From positions 214,706,001-214,770,000 of the forward strand of contig NC_067399.1 in NCBI RefSeq assembly GCF_016432865.1: a stretch of DNA of 64,000 nt. Reading direction: 5' to 3'. The notes beneath the pieces are model-generated. The model ran no database searches, was not told the origin of the DNA, and saw only the letters and a program-made list of their open reading frames with translations. The DNA comes from Antechinus flavipes. Lineage: Eukaryota. This document shows positions 52,561 to 64,000 of the stretch, one piece after another (the first letter of the stretch is position 1; each line of letters begins with the position of its first letter). The position numbers were made by a program, and so were the translations under genes.

Positions 52561-53170
52561 TAGAAGAACTCTCTATCCTTTGAGGCAACATCTTCCATTC
52601 TTGATCTGCTCTCATTTTTAGAAAGTTATTTCCTTATGTTGACCTGAAAATTGCCTTCTATATACTTGTTGCTTTGAGCTCTGTGCATTAAGTGTAAATA
52701 GAGCAAGCCTAAACCGTCTTTTATATGACAAATATATTCATATATTTGAAGATATCCATTCTGCACTAATCCCCTTTCCTCCCACTCAGTCACCCATACC
52801 AAGTTTCTGTTACCCGGTCTGAATATTCCCACTTCATCCAATAGATCTTTCCTTGGCCCAGTTTCCAACCCCTCACTATCCTGTTTGCCCTTTTCCTGGA
52901 GATATTCCATTTTGTTGATATCCTTTCCAAAACATGTTGCCCAGAACTTAACACAATACTCTAAATGGGTTCCAGCAAGGGCAGAGAACATCTAGGTCTA
53001 GGGAGTGGCTCTCACTCCACACACTAGACTTCTATTAATGTAGGCCAAGATTATGTTAATTGGCTGTCCTGTCACTGTTGACTCATTAAACTGTTGGTCA
53101 TTTAAACCCCATGCATCTTTTTTTTTTTTTTTTTTACCCAAAAGACTCTTGTCCTCTGTCCAAAGTTCAC
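52561..53170 (-). mobile_element. L3/CR1 ORF2 C-terminal fragment
   Basis: ORFs read FSALAGTHLEYCVKFWATCFGKDINKME (CR1 LYSALVRPHLEYCVQFWAP..KDIDKLE) and INIILAYINRS (ANAILGCINRS). Confidence 0.88.
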
Positions 53171-55688
53171 TATTGATCCCCTTCTCACCTTTTTTTTGCT
53201 TCATCAGGTGTCCGGTAACCCCATAGTAAGGTTCCTGTTCAATTCTTCACTGCTACCCTCTTCCAGATCAGCACCTTCTATTGCATCATTCTTTTGCCCA
53301 GATTCTTCTTGCTGTAAAACACGGCTGCTTTATGTCCCATTCCCTCAGGGCATGGGTCCCTTTTTGGATTTCCCCGGGCCACTGAAACAGGACCCCCCAG
53401 TCTCAAAGAGAATGTTAGCCCCAGATGGAAAGAGCCACAGTCCCACAGTCAGCACACCTGCCCCAAGGGCTTGGGACGCTAACAGGCAGGGCAGGTAGGC
53501 TGACAGGTTTCTGAAAGCTTGGAGACGACCGCTGCCTCTGCTTACATGTGTGGGGGCTGTCTTCCCTGGAATTGCCGCTGAAGGCCCCCATCTCCCATCT
53601 GTGCAGCCCCAATTCCCAGGGGACACACTGAGGGAGGCTTCAGGGACAGGAGTGAGAAGGCTGGTTTCTTGCTGCTCGGACGTCACCAGGACACAGTCAG
53701 CAGCAAGGCCAGGCCTTGACACGGATGGGCCTTTGGGAAAAGGCAGAGTTAACTGGCTGCAGTTTCTGAATTTTGAGGCCATAAATGATGGAACTAAGGG
53801 CTGACTTTCTGTTTGTGAGAGGAAGAACCAGACAGGTCGCCCATTACACAGGAACCGAATGGCTAAGGCAAAGCAGTCTTTCTGTAAGAAGAAAGGCAAC
53901 TGACACATCTGACTTGCAAGAAGAAGAATGTGTAAATTGGGCCCTAGTGTCAGGTCTTAAAGGTCTGAACAGTTGCCAGGTGTCGGTGTTCTCTGAAAAG
54001 CAACACTGACGTATGGTGGATAGGCAGGAAGGCCTGGGTTTGAATTCTGCTGCCAACCCTTGATAGCTGTGTGACTCTGGGATGATTGCTTAACCTTTCT
54101 GAACTTCCATGGCCTCATCTAATATTTATCTATAAAATAGGGATTATAATTATGCCTTTTACAGGGTCATCAGGAAGCTCAAATTAGATAATGTATATGA
54201 AGCTCTTCTGCAAAATTCATCATGCTTTATAATATTTGGGTGTTATTTATTCTGTGTGCAAAAGCTCTTCTACAAGGCTCTTTTTTTTCCCTCTGGCTTC
54301 TGACACCATCTTTCCACTTGGGGCTGAACACTTAGGCCCTCGGGGCTGGAACTGCTCCCTATTCCAAAAGAGCTACTAAATAAAAATGCCCCTGTGGCTT
54401 ATTTGAGCAGGGAACCTTGTGCAGAGTAGGTGCTTAAGAAATGCTGGTTTGTTGAGATGCCTCAAAACCTAGTGTGCGAGAAATTCATCTGCAAAGGAAA
54501 GGCAACGTGATCACCAGCCTTGCTTCCCGCGGAGGTTGACAGGGAGTTCCGATTCTACTAGATTTTTGCGTCATTTTGAGTTTGAGTGTGCTCAGGAAGA
54601 GGCCAAAGGGCAGGGCAGGGCAGAACAGAGCCGGGCAGGGCCGGGGCCATGTGGCTTCTGGACTGGTCTGCTAGGGAACAGGGGATGTTTGTTAACTAGA
54701 AAATCATTTGTCCTCATATGGACACTGTGTGAGCTGGCAGCCACACCTTTTCTGAGTCATAGCTGGAGTCTAGAGGACATGTGTGTTTGGTATTGCTTAT
54801 TTAAAGGGACTTTTCCTCCTCCTGACTTGTTGAATTTAATGCGGTAGACATGGATTTAGGCTATCTGCCCCCTTTCTCCCAAAGCGTGTCTTTTTGAGTA
54901 TTCTGTAATATTCTGGAGTAGAGAAATAGATAATTTTAGACTTCATCCAGCAGTCATTTCTTAGAACCTTACAATATTTGAGGAACTGTGCTAGATATTG
55001 GGGATTCAATGACAAAAATGAACTGCCCTCAGAACTGCAGAAAGAACTGCATTCTCTTTAAGTGTGTTTTAGTTGGAATATCATGAACATGAGTAAAGTC
55101 AATACAAAATACATAAATTAATTTCCCAAGGAGTGTTCTAACAATGGATAAGATTATAATATTTTTCATGCAAAAGATGGCACCGGAGTTGAGCTTGAAT
55201 AAAGCTGACAGTTCTATAAGGTGGTGGTACCAGGAGAGTCTATTCTGCCCAGAGGCACAAACCTCTGTTCTAAAGAACAGACACAGGAAGTGGGATTTTG
55301 TATTTAGAGAAACCCCAGTAAACACACCTCAGACTTAAAAGGAAGGCTACCAGAAGTTTGACAGCCTTAACATCTTCCTGCCTGCTTGTTTGTGTTAATT
55401 TCATGGAAATGGAAATGTTTCTGGAGCTAGTCACTTGCTGCCTGAAAACGGACCATCATGACACATAGCGTCAGAATTTGTATGGTCGCATGTGAGCTGG
55501 TGAAGATTGGATTTGCTTTTTCTTAGGGAATTTCCTAATCAAATACTCTTACTCTTTAGCACAAAGAACCTATTGTAAGGTAGCTTCACTTAATTTCCCT
55601 TCCTTATTGGTAGCAAATTGTGACCTGGTACTAAGGAATCTGGATCCATAAAGCCATGAAGCCAAAAGAGATAAATAGATCACCTAGT

Positions 55689-55935
55689 GTAAAGGTTCTC
55701 AAAGTGTGTTCCCTGAGCTGCTGGTAGTCCCAGGAGATACTACTCAGATACTACTCTCTGTGACTTGAAAGATACTGGGCTTTTGTAAAGTGTATCTGTC
55801 CTTTGAGAGTTGAAATTACATTTTAAAAGCATAACAATGAATCTTTCTGAAATGTAGCTGTAGTAATAGTAGTTTATCTCAGAGAAAAGCTATCTCCATT
55901 TTTTTTTTCTTGCAGAGTAATGTGAGAACATGTAG
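55689..55935. mobile_element. Old hAT (MER5-like) MITE
   Basis: Left end 'aaggttctcaaagtgtgttccc'; right end 'aatgtgagaacatgtag' matches it in reverse at 12/17; TSD not clear. Confidence 0.55.
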
Positions 55936-56723
55936 AAGAGTTAGCTGACCACTGATCTGGCCTGTCTGGCCCCTCACTTTCTGACAAAACCTTATTTAAT
56001 TGTAGCTATTGCCTTTGCAGCACAGTGTGCTTGAAAAACACTGGATTTGGAGTTGGAGCTGCTCAGATCTTGTCTATCTGTATGACCTTGAGCAAGCCAT
56101 CTGATTTCTCTTAGGTTTCTATTTCCTTTTGTCTAAAACAAAGGGACTGGCTGGAGTACATAGCCTCTTCTAGATTTAAATCTTGCTCCTAATCATCATC
56201 ATCTCTCTTGATGATTCTAATTGGTTTAAGAAGAGTAGCTATGTCTATTTATGCCATATGTCTGGCCTATATAGTCATCAGTGGATGTCTTGTCATCTCA
56301 ATGCAGCAAATGAATATAAAAGTTTGAATGAAATGAATATAAAAGTCCCCCCCCTCTTTTTTAGACAGACTGAATCTGTAGGCCCTAAAGTCCACAGTCC
56401 AGGAATAGTTCCAAGCACTAAGGTTATCGTATTAAAGCATTTAAAACTGAAAAGAACCACAAAAGAGCACCCATTTTTATCTGAATCCTTTCTTTTATAG
56501 ATGAGGGAACTGAGGCACTAGAGACCTTATGTGATAAATCACATAGCTATGAAGTTGCTGAGGTAGGGTTCAAACTGACTCATTTTATGCTACAAGTCCC
56601 ATGCATATTCAATATATAATGCTATCTCTAAGAGAAAGGATTTGCTCAAAGTCTTATGTGTTTTGTGTTTTCAAAAGCAACCAGTTGTTCATTTATTTGA
56701 ACATTTCACAAAATATCCCTGTA

Positions 56724-56785
56724 TTCCCTCTTTTTCTCCCCTCATTCCTTTTCCCTCTTTTTCTCCCCTCATTCTTTTTCCCTCT
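56724..56785. repeat. 27-bp pyrimidine tandem repeat, about 2.3 copies
   Basis: ttccctctttttctcccctcattcctt / ttccctctttttctcccctcattcttt / ttccctct. Confidence 0.85.
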
Positions 56786-57089
56786 ACCAAAAAAAAGAGA
56801 CAGTTCAGCTTGCCATACTCTAGTATGTCCATCCTCCCCTTGACCCCCAATACTTGTCTTTGAACCTAGACTAAGTATCCAACTTTCCCTCTTTATTTCT
56901 GGAGCTTCCACTGGTGAGCAAGTACCAGAGTCAGGAAGAATGCCAGTTTTGATGGAAAGTGTTGTCAGTGGTTAAGGGCCATGAGCCCAAGCTAGCTGAC
57001 AGAAATTGAAGTTGGGATAAGCCTCCTATGGCTGTTGAGGAGGCCTCTTTCCTTAGTGTCTGCCTTTCCTGTTCCTCCCACTGACTGCT

Positions 57090-57225
57090 GTTTCTCTCTC
57101 CCTCTGTCTCTCCCCGCCTCTCTTTGTTTCTCTGTCTCTGTGTCTCTCTCCCTCCCTTCCTCATTTTCTCTCCTTTCAGTCACATGCACCATACACACCT
57201 TTTCCTCTCCCTCTCCTACCCACTC
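57090..57225. repeat. TC-rich low-complexity tract
   Basis: ctctctccctctgtctctccccgcctctctttgtttctctgtctctgtgtctctctccctccc... Confidence 0.8.
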
Positions 57226-58973
57226 ACACAATTTCCATGACTCCCATGGCTCCCTCTCAGACATCATTTCCCTTTCACACACACAGTTCTTCTTTTATAT
57301 ACTCTTTGTAATGGGTCCTTTTCCATACTCTGCTAATTCTCCCCCAAGCTGTTTTACCACAAACCAAAGGTTCCAGGTCAAAATGTACCAATTACAGTCT
57401 AATTCTGATCCCCTGTTGATGCTGATGAAGGTCTCTTGGGCTCTTGGTCCTCTGAATATCTGAGGCCAGCCTAACCCAGAAGGAATACCCCTGGGATGAC
57501 TGTACATGTAGCGGTGCTCCTGAGACTCTGTATTCGGCCCTTCTCCTCATCTCCATCCTTTAGGATTTTAGATTTCAGAGCTGGAAAGAACTTTAGAGAC
57601 CAAGCCTTCCAGCTCTGGATTTATGATCCTAGAAACCCCATCTCGATAAAGGAACTAGCTTAGAGGGGCTGAGTGACTTGCCTTATATTACACAGATAGT
57701 AAATAGCAGAGCCAAGATTTGAACATAGACTTTCTCAGTTGCTTGTCCTCCTCCTATGTCATGCTGAATCTCATCCAGTTGCTTCTATATGATCAAGGGA
57801 TTTGCCATCTCTTAAGAGGCAGGAGCAACAACAGCTGCTTCTCCTGCATCAGGATACAGAGCCTCAGGATACTAGGAGCACCAGGTTATATTCCTAGCTC
57901 CTCTACAATTAAGATGTTTCTTAATCTACCCTAAGTCTAGGGGTATGGGCCTAGGAAACTTCCTAAGTCTTCAGTGATGATAGGCCACCACAATTCAGAT
58001 TCACAGGGGATATTTATTTGCTCAGAGACTGTTGGGGCAAGATGACTTATGAGTTCCTTCTAGCACTGATGTTCTGAGACAATTGGTCACTGGTCAGAAA
58101 TCCCTTTTATCTTCCATTTTACTGGTATATATTCTGACACCTTTTGAGAGAATGTGATTTTCCTCATTGCCTTCTTCTATGCCTATTGGCTCACTTGCAA
58201 GAAATGAACTTTTAGCTTTCTTATTTGCCTAGCATGTGATATAGCAGAAGAAAATCACTAGCCTGAGAGATTCCAGTTTGTTTAAGGGCACATAACTCCT
58301 TTTATAAAATATGTGGGAATTCCAGGTGTCTGAGTGCTATTCATCACACTCTTATTGACATTTTCAAAAAAAAAAATCGATTCTACAAAATTTAACTTTT
58401 GAAAATTAAAAAATTATTATTTTTATTTATTTTGAATTTTATTATTCAAGATTTCTACATATTAGTTAGAATGAAAGAATTAAAATTAAGATAGCTTAAA
58501 AAGTGGAAGACTCATTGGGACATAATTGGAATGAATATATTCTTAATTGAACAGCAAAAAAAAGCAAATCTGATAAAAGAGGTTCTTTTCTGGTTATGTG
58601 GCATTTCTATCTGGTGGTTAATTGAACCAATTCAATTGAATCGGAAATGAAAGAATCCCATTTCTGCCTCTTTTTTTGGTCAAGGATGGAAGCCTGGAGC
58701 AAAGTCAATCATAGAATGCAGGACTCCCCACCTTGGGGGAGGGGTCAGGGCATGTTTGTTTTTTTTCTTTTCTGGGTATAACTGTCATTGTGGCTCCCGA
58801 TCCCATTTCCTGACTACAGTCCCTAATATGCCAGCTAGAAAGTGTTTCCTGTGTGTCCAGATGGGGGGTCAGAGAAATGGATTTGTTGGCCTGATTTGTT
58901 GGTTGGGGGAAGGGATGAGAGAGGGAGGAGCACAGGAGGGCCTGTGTTAACCCTGGCGCCTGTTAGTAGCTGA

Positions 58974-59354
<381 letters not shown>

Positions 59355-59699
59355 TAAACTGAATCCAAGTGTTGTTTTTTACTTAACCACCAGTGGAATC
59401 AGTTTTTCTTAAAGAATCTCCAATGAACAACTGCACCGGCACTTAGCTCATGTTGCCGTCAGTGCATCAGTGATTCTTTGGTACAGGGAAACTACTCCTC
59501 CCAGAGTAGTCCTGTGGCTTAATATTGTGGCCTGGGGCACTGAAAGCTGAAGGGAATTTCAGTAGGTGCAGGACTTGAATCCAGGCCTTCTGACGCTAAA
59601 ACTGGCTTCTGGGCCGAACTGCTTGTGGATTTTCTAAAATTACCAACCTAGGGCACAGCATATTGTTGGAAAGAAATGCATTTAGGGTAGTGCTCCTGC

Positions 59700-61379
<1,680 letters not shown>

Positions 61380-61380
<1 letters not shown>

Positions 61381-61660
61381 GTAACAATAATGATACCAAT
61401 TAGAGTAATAGCAGCTAACGGGTACGTAACAACGATGACACTGGCTGCCAGGTGCATAGCACGGAATCCTTTACAGTTATTTCATTTGATCCTCATAACA
61501 AACCTGAAAGACTTTTGCTGTCGTTATCCCTGTTTTGCAGTTGAGAAAATGGGGCATACAGAGATTAAATGACAGGATCACACAGCTAGTAGGTAGCTGG
61601 GGCTGGATTTGAACTCAGGTCTTTCGGAATAGGCCCATTGCTTTATCCATTGTGCTACCT
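61380..61660 (-). mobile_element. MIR SINE bounding the CpG-rich region
   Basis: 'atttcatttgatcctcataacaaacc...ttgcagttgagaaaatggggcatacagagattaaatgac...ggatttgaactcaggtct'. Confidence 0.85.
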
Positions 61661-63689
61661 TGCTCTTAAAATGAGAGTGAGCCATCTCCTTTTGACTGCT
61701 GAATAAAAGAGAACTCTAGTTGAATTCATTTTACTAATCAGTTATCTCCAGACATTTTCAGAAGGGAAATGATTTGGAGGTTGTGAATTAATTTTAAAAT
61801 ATTTATGAAATTGTGATTGCAAGATAAATCATCCACAAGTATCCCTTAGAAGACCTTAGAGAAACCTAACTGTAAACTGACTCCCAAGAGATTGTGGGCC
61901 TGTAAGGATGACCATAGCATTTGGGATTTCCAGCTAAATGACCCAGAAGTGTGGCCAATGGATCACTGAAGTTTCTTGAGAAAGAAGTCATGCTATTTTT
62001 TGCAAAGTTTGGTGGGAATAGCTTCTTGGTGACGTTATGTTACCACTCCTGGGTTTACCAAAGCAAAAGACAGCTCTTCCTGTGACCTCAGGGTACTTTA
62101 GTATCAGGGTTGAGGTCTCACAAATGACTGGTAGGTTTTCTGGAGGGTTCTTGCATTCTGTTGTCAGCAAATAGTGCTGTATGGAGAACCCAAAATGTCT
62201 GACTCGATCTTCAGAGGAGAATGCAAATGCAAATTAAAAAAAATAAAAATAGCTTTTACAATATTGAACTTTAAATTGCAAATCACATGAGGTTGATAGT
62301 TGCTTTGAAAAATCCATTTCCATTTTCTCACTAGTCAGATTTGAAGATCCAATTTGAACATTTGTTTTAACTCTGGTATAATAGGGGCACAGGATAGGAT
62401 TTAGAACTGGAAGGATCTTAAGAGATTATTTAGAATAAACATTTGTTTGAAAAAGAAGGGAAACTGTCGCTTATAATGGTCAAAGGACTTGCCTCATGTC
62501 ACATAATATTTTTTGAATGGTAGATTCTACTTTGGCTATTTAGGAGACCTTTTTTACTTGCTTCTGGGTTCTCAGCTTTATGCCAGATATTTGAATTTGC
62601 TAGAGAAGTGACCTTCAGTTAAAGGGAAATATTGCTGCATTTAATATGTATTGCATCCTTTCTCCCTAAAACTCAATGCCGTGTGCAAAATGATTCACAT
62701 TTATAAAGTGCTTCATGGTAGAATGCAACTCAGTTTAACATTATTAAGCCTCTGGTGTGTACGAGGAACTGAGAACACAGAGACAAAACAACATTCCCCC
62801 GTCTTTAAGAAGCTCACATTGTAGTAGAAAGGAATTGGATGGAGAAGTCTTTGTGTGGAATCCCCCTCCAACCATATAGGTTACTTGTTGTAACATGCCA
62901 CGTGTTTAATTCAGGGAGTCAATGTATTTAGGGAATGTAGGAATCTCTATTAGCAGATCCCTCCCATCTGTAGGTGGGTATTTAAGCACCTACTCTTTGT
63001 AGTATCCTGAGTTCAGTGGGAGGAATAAGATGGTGGTGATGCAAAGGTGAATAAGATTGTGCCTCAGCTGCTGCCCTCTGGGACCTCACCAGAATGAAAA
63101 AGAAAAACTTGCATGAAACATTTGGGGAGCAAATACAGGATTGCATATAATCATGCACACTCTTATGTGGCACATATTCTAGTACAGTAGGATGTCAGAG
63201 CGAAGAAGGATCACTGGGGACTCTAGTAATCAGGGATAATGATATTAGTGGTAATTTATATAGAGTCTTAAGGTTTGCAAAGCTCTTTATATACATTATC
63301 TCATTTGATTTGAGGATGGTGACACATAAGCAAGACTTTGAAGGATAAGATGGATTTGGATATGTTGAGAGATGATGGGGCAGAGAGAGACATTACCTAT
63401 GGGAGAACCATATCAGTAAGGAAAAGATAGGCACATTCATTTACTAAGTATAAGGGAAAAGTTAGGCGGGGGGGAGGAGATGAAGAAATTAGGGATAGCC
63501 TGTGAAATGGACCCCAAGGGAATTGGGGTGGGAGCTATGGGCCCTGAGTGTTTAATTCATTCAAGGAACTTTTATTCAGTGTCCATTATGTGAAAGGCAC
63601 TGTGTGAGGTCCAAGAGAGTTAAACAATGAAATTTTGTTTTCAGTCAGCTACATTTACTACATTTCTATATTAACCATCGTTGGGGAGA

Positions 63690-63915
63690 TGCTAAGGATA
63701 AAAGCAGCTACCATTTATGTAATGCTTTAGTGTTTGCAAAATATTTTACAGCTATTTCGTTTCTCACTACAACCCTGAGAGGTTGGTGCTATTATTAGCC
63801 CTATTTTCCAGATAAGGAGACTGAGGCAGACAAAGATTAAGGGATTTCCCTAAGATCCCAAGATTAGTGTTTGAAATCAAATTCACTCAAGTCTTCCTCA
63901 CTCCAAAGTCCTGCC
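63690..63915 (-). mobile_element. Mar1/MIR-type SINE
   Basis: 'ctcactacaaccctgagaggttggtgctattattagccctattttccagataaggagactgaggcagac'. Confidence 0.85.
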
Positions 63916-64000
63916 ACCTTCCCGAAAAAAGGAAAAAAAAAAAAGATGTTCCCAAAAGGATAGATCAAAGGATCCTCGAATCATGGATTTTAAAGCTAGA

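Overview
This is eukaryotic, mammalian DNA. It is almost certainly marsupial (Mar1/MIR- and WSINE1-type SINEs, marsupial-type L1 3' ends, RTE, low CpG background), and a dasyurid such as the Tasmanian devil is plausible but unproven. The window is the middle of the CMIP gene (c-Maf-inducing protein) on the + strand. Seven short coding exons (6963-7013, 38915-39076, 43896-43937, 48729-48791, 51047-51127, 59028-59131, 59867-59971) all have AG/GT boundaries and splice into one open 608-nt frame ([17 protein letters not shown]...[12 protein letters not shown]). I recognise this as CMIP, roughly exons 3-9 using human numbering from memory. The rest is intron, with many SINE/LINE/LTR/MITE relics, two N gaps and several CpG-rich, repeat-free patches. 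I found no prokaryotic-type system, CRISPR array, or tRNA/rRNA gene, and I cannot claim a new biological system. The most unusual item is a 64-bp near-perfect palindrome (7777-7840) with TG...CA ends and a 6-bp target-site duplication. It is built from two inverted copies of an ERV LTR end, related to a solo LTR at 2182-2819. Other leads are a 64-bp local duplication, a candidate alternative first exon in intron 3, strong CTCF and RFX motifs, and an intragenic CpG island around the last exon. Repeat family names and their approximate boundaries come from recognition by eye, not from a database search.
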